Origin: Yuukianura sp. NJ FZ-2021 | Lineage: Eukaryota | Direction: 5' to 3' | DNA: 64,000 nt | Assembly: GCA_046563655.1 (NCBI GenBank) | Contig: JAJCTO010000011.1 | Coordinates: forward strand, 620,001-684,000 | Position numbers and translations under genes: made by a program | Notes under the pieces: model-generated | Told to the model about the DNA's origin: nothing | The model's database searches: none | Seen by the model: only the letters and a program-made list of their open reading frames with translations | In this document: in pieces, positions 1 to 10,800 of the stretch | Position numbering within the stretch: the first letter of the stretch is position 1 | Layout: each line of letters opens with the position of its first letter

Positions 1-162
1 AACTTTAAACAAACGTAACTTACCCAATCTAAACCCTGGAGACGTAATCAGTATTGCGAATTTAAAAACCTAACACCGCGCCTTCGGCGCGGAAACTCCT
101 GGATTGTGGATAACTACCCTTGTTGGACAACTCCAACTTGTAATTGAATTAAACCAAATATA

Positions 163-335
163 CGCTGAATCTATACTTTTCCGTTCCCGTGCCAGTCTAC
201 GCAAAAACTTTTGTGGTAGGCCACCATAACAACGTCGCGAATTAGCGAAAGCGCTAAATAAAAAATAGAACAGGAAGGCCTACGACAAAGCTTTTGCATG
301 GAATGGCACGGGAACGGAAAAGTATAGATTCAGCG
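163..335. mobile_element. MITE / non-autonomous DNA transposon, 173 bp
   Basis: Perfect 32-bp terminal inverted repeats (cgctgaatctatacttttccgttcccgtgcca 163-194; reverse complement 304-335), extending imperfectly to ~60 bp. ATA on both sides (160-162, 336-338) is a candidate 3-bp TSD. No coding capacity; superfamily not assigned. Confidence 0.85.
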
Positions 336-356
336 ATACCTGGTATTTAATTGGAG

Positions 357-496
357 CTGGAGGCGCATTTTGGCTTGGGGCGCATCTTGGATGGAGGAGC
401 ATATTTTTAAAGCGCATATTGATGGAGGCGCATTTTGGCTGGAGGCGCACTTTGGATGGAGGCGCATATTGGAGAGGCGCACTTTGGTTAGGCGCT
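357..496. repeat. Degenerate ~17-18-bp minisatellite (ggaggcgcattttggat-like), about 8 copies
   Basis: Recurring ggaggcgca(t/c)(t/a)ttgg motif visible directly. Confidence 0.8.
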
Positions 497-1059
497 GATG
501 GGTTGCTTGCTGTTGCTACTTGCTACGCTTTATTTTGTGCTTTTGAACATCTTAAGGTGAATGCTACTTTTTAACAATAGAAAAAGTTCTCCGAGTCGAG
601 CTATGCTCAGGTTTGAACAAATCAGCGATCTGAAGTTGGAAAGTGAATATAAATAAAACAAAAATTAATTTCTGGAGATTTTCTCCAGAAATTTCTGGAG
701 AGTGGATTCGATTCGATTGTACTTTGACTCCATTTCGTCAGTGGAGCTGGGATCTGTTGTGGTATACGTTGAGGCTGTGGAACAGTCGCTAAACTTCCGA
801 CTTAGGTCGAATGTTCCAGAGGTGACTGTGATTGTGCTGGAGCGAACTCTTCTATTGTCCATCGAAGATCTCTTTCTGTGACCACAAATGTGGAAGAGCA
901 TTCACAACTGGAAGCAGAAGAGCACATGCGCAAAGCGTCAACCGATTTCCAAACGACGGACAAAACTTGCTTCTCTGACTTCCTATCTCCAGCGCATCTT
1001 GTTCTGAAACAGGTGAAAATGCTAATAATGATTTTTTTTTAAATAAAAATTTACTATCA

Positions 1060-1217
1060 TCTACGTAAGGAGAGATGTCTGTCCGGGGCTGGCTAAAGGT
1101 CGGATTTGTCTGACTCCTCTGATTTCTTTGAGTGGGTGCACGCAGACTGAGACTGAGTTGCTATTTCTGTCCTATTAGTTCAAGCGCCGCCGGTAGGCGG
1201 CGCCACGGATTGCCTAG
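1060..1217 (+). mobile_element. Non-autonomous Helitron, 158 bp
   Basis: 5' TC(TACGTAA) after an A. GC-rich hairpin gcgccgcc-ggta-ggcggcgc (1184-1203) lies 10 nt before CTAG (1214-1217), followed by T. This is the canonical A|TC…hairpin…CTAG|T layout. The 3' end is more certain than the 5' end. Confidence 0.8.
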
Positions 1218-2115
1218 TTTGATATAATGAGATGGATTTACCGCGCTGGCGCTCTAGGAGCAACGATAGCTTTTTGAATTTCCCCTTTAGCTGCCTGCAT
1301 GTGTTTGGCTTGCAAGTGAAAATGATGAAGATCCAGAGACCTGGCAAGGCATTTATGATGTCAAACGGAATGAAGGTGTCTTATAGCGGTTTATTTGAAC
1401 TGTAAACTTCCACAATCCAGCTGATGATCTCGAAAATTCATAATACGCCCGTTACAATGAAAATCTTCATGAAGAGCACAAACCTAAAAAAATCAAATCA
1501 GAATTGGTATCGAACTAATTACAAGTGCAGAATGTTGCTTGATACTGCAATTCCTGGTAGTATTTTGGTTGAAATTTTTCAAGTGTAGCGCGCGCTAGTA
1601 GGTCTGTTGAGCCTACTTCTAGTCGCCTCTCTGTGCAACAACCCCGCAGTCCCTGTGACCGAAACTGAGATTTCCTCTACAGGGGAATCTGCAGTTCAGG
1701 TCAACTCTTCTCTTCAGGAAGATTTGACCTGAGGTCAACAATGCTAGGTTCTCCTGTTGAGCCAACATCAACTGAGAAATGAAATGGTCGTGACAACAAC
1801 AGTGAACTAATGGAATAGACTTTTATTTAGGTGTTCACTTGTTGAAGGTTGGGAAGAGACTCCCGTACAGAAAATATGAAAAGAATAATTTTTGTGTAAC
1901 CTGTGCTAGAACATAAACTCCTACTCCTCTACCTATCCCTACCTACTCGGTTTAGGCCGGAGTTCCGAATCCGTCCGTCGTCGGTCCCTCTCAGCTTCAT
2001 ATTGCGCCAGGGAAATACGCCTCCATCAGCGCCATCCTCATGCGCGGTCCTCCGACCTCGACAAGCGGACAAAATCTTCGTCTTCTTCTCGCCTCGTTTC
2101 CACTCGACACGTCTG

Positions 2116-2175
2116 GAATTCCTGGATGAGCATGCAGAATTCCTAGATGAACGTGCAGAATTCTCAGATGATCGT
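2116..2175. repeat. 21-bp tandem repeat, ~3 copies (gaattcctrgatgarcrtgca)
   Basis: gaattc starts at 2116, 2137 and 2158. Confidence 0.8.
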
Positions 2176-2799
2176 TTTTTCTTAATTTTCTCCCGTCTTT
2201 TCACGTTCATTTTATGAGTCAAATGCGTTCTTTTTTCTGGATGTTTTTTGAAGTAATGCTTGCGACTTTCTTTTCGTTCCAGAGTTCTTCTTGCGTCCGG
2301 TTCTTGGTTGATTTTTGGACAGTCTTGTCAGCTATAGTCAAGTAGAATGGAATTATCACTTTTCCAAGATGGCCCCCCTTCCCCGGGCGCCCACTAGGCG
2401 CACGGGTAATGAGAATTGGGTTAGCATGTATATGTTTATTGGGGGGAGCAGTCACCTATAATTAGGTGACTGACTCACGCTGAGCATACGCTTATGGTAT
2501 ATTTCAGACCTACCCCTTTAGAAACAGCGTTATTTTATGTCCTTTATGAGCAAATACACATTATGGTAATCTGAATGCTATCATCCTACGGAGGTCGTCC
2601 GTATCCCGATAAGCAAATCAGATTGAATGAGTATTTTTTGCGTAATGGACTGCTTCAAGGAGTAGTGACCGGCAACCACCACAAATCCGCGAAGCTCTTA
2701 CCCGCTGTCACAGCAGACCACAGACACCTCTGACTCAAGGTCAGCTCCTTCTGTGGTTTCAGCAGGCAGTGCTTGCAGATGCGGCACCCCCCAATATAC

Positions 2800-3024
2800 T
2801 CCTTTATATAGGGGTGTCCACACAACAGCCGCTGGAAAGACAGAAGTCCAGCACTTGCCTTCCTGCTTCGGAAAGGGAGGACCCACGGCCTCGACTTCTT
2901 TTTTCTCTCCCGCTGACTGGGTGCGAACACAGGCCGGCCAGTGGAAAAGCATTGAAGGCTTAACCACTGAGCCAACTCGCCCCTATTATTGGGTTAGCAT
3001 AAGCCAAGTGCCCTATATAAAGGA
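2800..3024. promoter_or_regulatory. Pair of outward-facing TATA-box-like 14-mers (CCCTATATAAAGGA)
   Basis: tcctttatataggg at 2800-2813 and its exact reverse complement at 3011-3024. Function not shown. Confidence 0.35.
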
Positions 3025-3889
3025 TCGTCACCCCTCCCCCTTTGGCCCTTCCTCCCCCCCTAATTGGCCAAGGCCACCCCCCATCTTCCTTCCGTCGGAT
3101 ACCCCCTCCTCAGTATTCTCCCCTCCCCTTGTCACTATGCCCCCTCCCCCCCTGACTGGCTCATCCTACACACAAGTATGAGATTAATAACTCAAACGTT
3201 TAACCGAGACTCAGCCTGCCCCCCAGAATGTCAAGGTCGCGCCAATCCTTTAACCCCAAGGTCACGGCACATGTAATAGGGAAATGAAGTTTCACCGGGA
3301 TCACGACATTGCCTTTATCAACACCTCCCCTTCGAGGTCACACGATTCCCTGCACCCCATTCTCAAGGTCACGTTTGGGAGAAAAGCTTTCACTACATGA
3401 CTTGAACTTGACCCATCTCAAGGTCCCGTGCGCAAATGAAAAACAGTAGCTTTATCAAATGACTTTCACTTACCCCGAGATCAAGAAAGCAATTTTGAGG
3501 GTGCAGTGTAAACTCAAATGCAACCATTGGGTATGCGCCCGTTATAGTACAACACTATACATGGTCGTAGCATATAAAAGTAAATGCAAATTCAAAATGT
3601 GGCACTTGTATTGTGGGAATTGGTGGCAGGTGCATTTTCCGCGTTCCCCTCGCTTCCGTCACGCGTCCCTTTCTCCACACACTGCTTTCTCTGACCAACA
3701 GACAATACCCCCACATTACCACATGATTACACATGTACACATTACACATACCACATGATTTTTTTTAAAAAAAAATCAATTTTTGAGAAACAATTCAATT
3801 TTTGAAAAAAAAAGAGAATTTTTTCTGCCACTTCCATTAGCTGTGGTTTTGATAACTGGGAAAGCCAAGAAGGGTGGGCGAGACAACTC

Positions 3890-4020
3890 AAATAGGTCAA
3901 AGGTCAAATATCCGAGTGACACTACGCCGGGGGGCGTGGCAAGCCTCAGTCTTGGGCCAGTCAGTCTTTAGCATTTCAATGGGGGGCGTGGCTAAAGGAA
4001 ATGGTGCAATTTGATTGGTC
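3890..4020. promoter_or_regulatory. Promoter-like motif cluster (tandem AGGTCA, two GGGGCGTGGC boxes, inverted CCAAT)
   Basis: aggtcaaaggtcaa ~3894-3908, ggggggcgtggc twice (~3929, ~3981), gattgg ~4013. Motif match only. Confidence 0.3.
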
Positions 4021-4177
4021 GACGCACATTGTACGCACGGCCATAAGCCAAAGTGTTAACGGTTTACATGTTGGCGGTTAGATTGACGCTGAGGTCACAC
4101 CTTAAGTTTTCGTGGTCTGCAATAAAGAATTGAGGCGATTATATTTTTTGTCAAGTGGATTTGTATTGATTTTTAGA

Positions 4178-4865
4178 GAGCTTACCTCACGACAGGGGGT
4201 CCTTGGATTTGGGGGAGATCGCGTATGCAAAGTAGCATCTTCCTTATTTTTCAAAATCACATTACAGTAATATACTTTGTGCCAAATCGGAATGGCATCT
4301 TGTCAAGTGCTGAGGCCCCTCTGGGGTGAAACAATCCAACTCGAAATGACTTATACAAATGCGGAGCCTTTACATTTCATTTTGGCGACATGTTCTGCCA
4401 AATCGTGAAAGCTTGACGCTGCACTTTCCCTCAACTTATGAAACCCATAGATGACAAGCGTAGAGAGTTTAGTGGTGCATACTTTAATGTTTCGTAAAAA
4501 CTGGTATCATTGCTTAGCCAGCCAGGTTCGTACGCTGCATAAAAAATTTTGCCACTAACCGTCAAGATTTACAATCTACAGCACATTAGCGTTTAACTTC
4601 TCTACCAATAAATTTACACAAATTCATTCTCTCAAATTTAAGTCGTTTTCGGCAAAATGGTGCTCGGCATTGCTCTGGGTGCCGTTTACCAACCCAAGAT
4701 AAACTCCGAGGCAGAGCGGTTCATCCAGACTTTTAAGTACACTCTAACCAGATTTAATGGCGATCTATCCACGCCAATCAAACTTGCGTTCCTGTAGTAC
4801 TTTTCAGGAGGATTTCAGAAAAGTAACCCATTTTCACCCGGCATCGCTCCGAGTGGAGGTTTCTG
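4178..4865 (+). pseudogene. Decayed Ty3/Gypsy integrase (pre-IN linker, H2C2 zinc finger, rve core), with frameshifts and stops
   Basis: Manual translation gives, in order: ELTSRQGVLGFGGDRVC (4178-4228), QIGMASCQVLR (4283), KCGAF (4357), KPIDDKRREFSGAY (4441), STNKFTQIHSLKFKSF (4601), QNGARH, GAVYQPKINSEAERFIQTFKYTLTR (4678-4752), then FRKVTHF / GIAP. Order and spacing match the Gypsy consensus ELSVEDGCLLWGxRV…HPG…CxxC…RPWERIHIDFAGP…SDNGPQFTSEEFKxF…NGIRH…APYHPxxNGxAERFVQTFK…YRxTPHSTTGxxP. Confidence 0.7.
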
Positions 4866-7800
4866 AAACAAATTTTCATAAAGAAAAGTAACGAGATGAG
4901 GGACGACACGGCAAGTGAAAGTGGGTTCCTGTAGCACTTTTTATGAGGATTTCGAAAATGTAGTCGACTTTCTGTTCATTCTCACCTTTGCATGTTCATT
5001 CTCACAAATTTAAGTCGTTTTCGGCAAAATGGTGCTCGGCATTGCTCTGGGTGCCGTTTACCAACCCAAGATAAACTCCAAGGCAGAGCGGTTCATCCAG
5101 ACTTTTAAGTACACTCTAACCAGATTTAATGGCGATCTATCCACGCCAATCAAACTTGGGTTCCTGTAGTACTTTTCATGAGGATTTCAGAAAAGTAACC
5201 CATTTTCACCCGGCATCGCTCCGAGGAGGTTTCTGAAACAAATTTTCATAAAGAAAAGTAACGAGATGAGGGACGCCACGGCAAGTGAAAGTGGGCTCCT
5301 GTAGCACTTTTTATGAGGATTTCGAAAATGTAGTTGACTTTTACCCAGCATCGTTCCGGAATGCATTTCTTTTGAATTCTTTGTTTTGAAACTTGAATTT
5401 TCATAAAGAAAAGTAACGACATGAGGGACGCCACGGCAAGTGAAAGTGGGTTCCTGTAGCACTTTTTATGAGGATTTCGAAAATGTAGTTGACTTTTACC
5501 CAGCACCGTTCCGGAATGCATTTCTTTTGAATTCTTTGTTTTGAGACTTGAATTTTCATAAATAAAGGTAACAAGATGAGGCACGACACAGCAAGTGAAA
5601 GTGGGCTCCTGTAGCACTTTTTATGAGGGTTTCGAAAATGTAGTCGACTTTCTGTTCATTCTCACATTTGCATGTTCATTCTCACAAATTTAAGTCGTTT
5701 TCGGCAAAATGGTGCTCGGCATTGCTCTGGGTGCCGTTTACCAACCCAAGATAAACTCCGAGGCAGAGCGGTTCATCCAGACTTTTATGTACACTCTAAC
5801 CAGATTTAATGACGATCTATCCACGCCAATCAAACTTGGGTTCCTGTAGTACTTTTCATGAGGATTTCAGAAAAGTAACCCATTTTCACCCGGCATCGCT
5901 CCGAGGAGGTTTCTGAAACAAATTTTCATAAAGAAAAGTAACGAGATGAGGGACGCCACGGCAAGTGAAAGTGGGTTCCTGTAGCACTTTTTATGAGGAT
6001 TTCGAAAATGAAGTTGACTTTTACCCAGCATCGTTCTGGAATGCATTTCTTTTGAATTCTTTGTTTTGAAACTTGAATTTTCATAAAGAAAAGCAACGAG
6101 ATGAGGGACGCCACGGCAAGTGAAAGTGGGTTCCTGTAGCACTTTTTATGAGGATTTCGAAAATGTAGTTGACTTTTACCCAGCACCGTTCCGGAATGCA
6201 TTTCTTTTGAATTCTTTGTTTTGAGACTTGAATTTTCATAAAGAAAAGTAACGACATGAGGGACGCCACGGCAAGTGAAAGTGGGTTCCTGTAGCACTTT
6301 TTATGAGGATTTCGAAAATGTAGTTGACTTTTACCCAGCACCGTTCCGGAATGCATTTCTTTTGAATTCTTTGTTTTGAGACTTGAATTTTCATAAATAA
6401 AGGTAACAAGATGAGGCACGACACAGCAAGTGAAAGTGGGCTCCTGTAGCACTTTTTATGAGGGTTTCGAAAATGTAGTCGACTTTCTGTTCATTCTCAC
6501 ATTTGCATGTTCATTCTCACAAATTTAAGTCGTTTTCGGCAAAATGGTGCTCGGCATTGCTCTGGGTGCCGTTTACCAACCCAAGATAAACTCCGAGGCA
6601 GAGCGGTTCATCCAGACTTTTATGTACACTCTAACCAGATTTAATGACGATCTATCCACGCCAATCAAACTTGGGTTCCTGTAGTACTTTTCATGAGGAT
6701 TTCAGAAAAGTAACCCATTTTCACCCGGCATCGCTCCGAGGATTTTTCTGAAACAAATTTTCATAAAGAAAAGTAACGAGATGAGGGACGCCACGGCAAG
6801 TGAAAGTGGGTTCCTGTAGCACTTTTTATGAGGATTTCGAAAATGAAGTTGACTTTTACCCAGCATCGTTCTGGAATGCATTTCTTTTGAATTCTTTGTT
6901 TTGAAACTTGAATTTTCATAAAGAAAAGCAACGAGATGAGGGACGCCACGGCAAGTGAAAGTGGGTTCCTGTAGCACTTTTTATGAGGATTTCGAAAATG
7001 TAGTTGACTTTTACCCAGCACCGTTCCGGAATGCATTTCTTTTGAATTCTTTGTTTTGAGACTTGAATTTTCATAAATAAAGGTAACAAGATGAGGCACG
7101 ACACAGCAATTGAAAGTGGGCTCCTGTAGCACTTTTTATGAGGGTTTCAAAAATGTAGTTGACTTTTACCTAGCATCGTTCCGGAATGCATTTCTTTTGA
7201 ATTCTTTGTTTTGAAACTTGGATTTTCATAAAGAAAAGTAACGAGATGAGGGACGACACGGCAAGTGAAAGTGGGTTCCTGTAGCACTTTTTATGAGGAT
7301 TTCGAAAATGTAGTTGACTTTTACCCAGCATCGTTCCGGAATGCATTTCTTTTGAATTCTTTGTTTTGAAACTTGAATTTTCATAAAGAAAAGTAACGAG
7401 ATGAGGGACGCCACGGCAAGTGAAAGTGGGTTCCTGTAGCACTTTTTATGAGGATTTCGAAAATGTAGTTGACTTTTACCCAGCACCGTTCCGGAATGCA
7501 TTTCTTTTGAATTCTTTGTTTTGAGACTTGAATTTTCATAAATAAAGGTAACAAGATGAGGCACGACACAGCAAGTGAAAGTGGGCTCCTGTAGCACTTT
7601 TTATGAGGGTTTCAAAAATGTAGTTGACTTTTACCTAGCATCGTTCCGGAATGCATTTCTTTTGAATTCTTTGTTTTGAAACTTGAATTTTCATAAAGAA
7701 AAGTAACGAGATGAGGGACGACACGGCAAGTGAAAGTGGGTTCCTGTAGCACTTTTTATGAGGATTTCGAAAATGTAGTCGACTTTCTTTTCATTCTCAC

Positions 7801-10800
7801 ATTTGCATGTTCATTCTCACAAATTTAAGTCGTTTTCGGCAAAATGGTGCTCGGCATTGCTCTGGGTGCCGTTTACCAACCCAAGATAAACTCCAAGGCA
7901 GAGCGGTTCATCCAGACTTTTAAGTACACTCTAACCAGATTTAATGGCGATCTATCCACGCCAATCAAACTTGGGTTCCTGTAGTACTTTTCATGAGGAT
8001 TTCAGAAAAGTAACCCATTTTCACCCGGCATCGCTCCGAGGAGGTTTCTGAAACAAATTTTCATAAAGAAAAGTAACGAGATGAGGGACGCCACGGCAAG
8101 TGAAAGTGGGTTCCTGTAGCACTTTTTATGAGGATTTCGAAAATGAAGTTGACTTTTACCCAGCATCGTTCTGGAATGCATTTCTTTTGAATTCTTTGTT
8201 TTGAAACTTGAATTTTCATAAAGAAAAGCAACGAGATGAGGGACGCCACGGCAAGTGAAAGTGGGTTCCTGTAGCACTTTTTATGAGGATTTCGAAAATG
8301 TAGTTGACTTTTACCCAGCACCGTTCCGGAATGCATTTCTTTTGAATTCTTTGTTTTGAGACTTGAATTTTCATAAATAAAGGTAACAAGATGAGGCACG
8401 ACACAGCAAGTGAAAGTGGGCTCCTGTAGCACTTTTTATGAGGGTTTCAAAAATGTAGTTGACTTTTACCTAGCATCGTTCCGGAATGCATTTCTTTTGA
8501 ATTCTTTGTTTTGAAACTTGGATTTTCATAAAGAAAAGTAACGAGATGAGGGACGACACGGCAAGTGAAAGTGGGTTCCTGTAGCACTTTTTATGAGGAT
8601 TTCGAAAATGTAGTTGACTTTTACCCAGCATCGTTCCGGAATGCATTTCTTTTGAATTCTTTGTTTTGAAACTTGAATTTTCATAAAGAAAAGTAACGAG
8701 ATGAGGGACGCCACGGCAAGTGAAAGTGGGTTCCTGTAGCACTTTTTATGAGGATTTCGAAAATGTAGTTGACTTTTACCCAGCACCGTTCCGGAATGCA
8801 TTTCTTTTGAATTCTTTGTTTTGAGACTTGAATTTTCATAAATAAAGGTAACAAGATGAGGCACGACACAGCAAGTGAAAGTGGGCTCCTGTAGCACTTT
8901 TTATGAGGGTTTCAAAAATGTAGTTGACTTTTACCTAGCATCGTTCCGGAATGCATTTCTTTTGAATTCTTTGTTTTGAAACTTGGATTTTCATAAAGAA
9001 AAGTGACGAGATGAGGGACGACACGGCAAGTGAAAGTGGGTTCCTGTAGCACTTTTTATGAGGATTTCGAAAATGTAGTCGACTTTCTTTTCATTCTCAC
9101 ATTTGCATGTTCATTCTCACAAATTTAAGTCGTTTTCGGCAAAATGGTGCTCGGCATTGCTCTGGGTGCCGTTTACCAACCCAAGATAAACTCCAAGGCA
9201 GAGCGGTTCATCCAGACTTTTAAGTACACTCTAACCAGATTTAATGGCGATCTATCCACGCCAATCAAACTTGGGTTCCTGTAGTACTTTTCATGAGGAT
9301 TTCAGAAAAGTAACCCATTTTCACCCGGCATCGCTCCGAGGAGGTTTCTGAAACAAATTTTCATAAAGAAAAGTAACGAGATGAGGGACGCCACGGCAAG
9401 TGAAAGTGGGTTCCTGTAGCACTTTTTATGAGGATTTCGAAAATGTAGTTGACTTTTACCCAGCATCGTTCCGGAATGCATTTCTTTTGAATTCTTTGTT
9501 TTGAAACTTGAATTTTCATAAAGAAAAGCAACGAGATGAGGGACGCCACGGCAAGTGAAAGTGGGTTCCTGTAGCACTTTTTATGAGGATTTCGAAAATG
9601 TAGTTGACTTTTACCCAGCACCGTTCCGGAATGCATTTCTTTTGAATTCTTTGTTTTGAGACTTGAATTTTCATAAATAAAGGTAACAAGATGAGGCACG
9701 ACACAGCAAGTGAAAGTGGGCTCCTGTAGCACTTTTTATGAGGGTTTCAAAAATGTAGTTGACTTTTACCTAGCATCGTTCCGGAATGCATTTCTTTTGA
9801 ATTCTTTGTTTTGAAACTTGAATTTTCATAAAGAAAAGTAACGAGATGAGGGACGCCACGGCAAGTGAAAGTGGGTTCCTGTAGCACTTTTTATGAGGAT
9901 TTCGAAAATGTAGTTGACTTTTACCCAGCACCGTTCCGGAATGCATTTCTTTTGAATTCTTTGTTTTGAGACTTGAATTTTCATAAATAAAGGTAACAAG
10001 ATGAGGCACGACACAGCAAGTGAAAGTGGGCTCCTGTAGCACTTTTTATGAGGGTTTCAAAAATGTAGTTGACTTTTACCTAGCATCGTTCCGGAATGCA
10101 TTTCTTTTGAATTCTTTGTTTTGAAACTTGGATTTTCATAAAGAAAAGTGACGAGATGAGGGACGACACGGCAAGTGAAAGTGGGTTCCTGTAGCACTTT
10201 TTATGAGGATTTCGAAAATGTAGTCGACTTTCTTTTCATTCTCACATTTGCATGTTCATTCTCACAAATTTAAGTCGTTTTCGGCAAAATGGTGCTCGGC
10301 ATTGCTCTGGGTGCCGTTTACCAACCCAAGATAAACTCCAAGGCAGAGCGGTTCATCCAGACTTTTAAGTACACTCTAACCAGATTTAATGGCGATCTAT
10401 CCACGCCAATCAAACTTGGGTTCCTGTAGTACTTTTCATGAGGATTTCAGAAAAGTAACCCATTTTCACCCGGCATCGCTCCGAGGAGGTTTCTGAAACA
10501 AATTTTCATAAAGAAAAGTAACGAGATGAGGGACGCCACGGCAAGTGAAAGTGGGTTCCTGTAGCACTTTTTATGAGGATTTCGAAAATGTAGTTGACTT
10601 TTACCCAGCATCGTTCCGGAATGCATTTCTTTTGAATTCTTTGTTTTGAAACTTGAATTTTCATAAAGAAAAGCAACGAGATGAGGGACGCCACGGCAAG
10701 TGAAAGTGGGTTCCTGTAGCACTTTTTATGAGGATTTCGAAAATGTAGTTGACTTTTACCCAGCACCGTTCCGGAATGCATTTCTTTTGAATTCTTTGTT

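Noticed and set aside
665..1010. Possible terminal exon of a host gene on the minus strand (78-aa ORF ending LQKFLEKISRN)
   Set aside because: No recognisable domain, the candidate splice acceptors do not give a convincing frame, and the end overlaps a local palindrome (667-701).
1290..1560. Exon-like plus-strand segment after ttcccctttag (LPACVWLASENDEDPETWQGIYDVKRNEG…)
   Set aside because: Several in-frame stops follow and I recognise no family; not supportable without a search.
3756..3778. tga-T8-A9-tca near-palindrome
   Set aside because: Low-complexity homopolymer juxtaposition.
2655..3971. Short overlapping ORFs, including the Pro-rich 142-aa ORF 2753-3181
   Set aside because: Explained by C-rich low complexity; no domain evidence.
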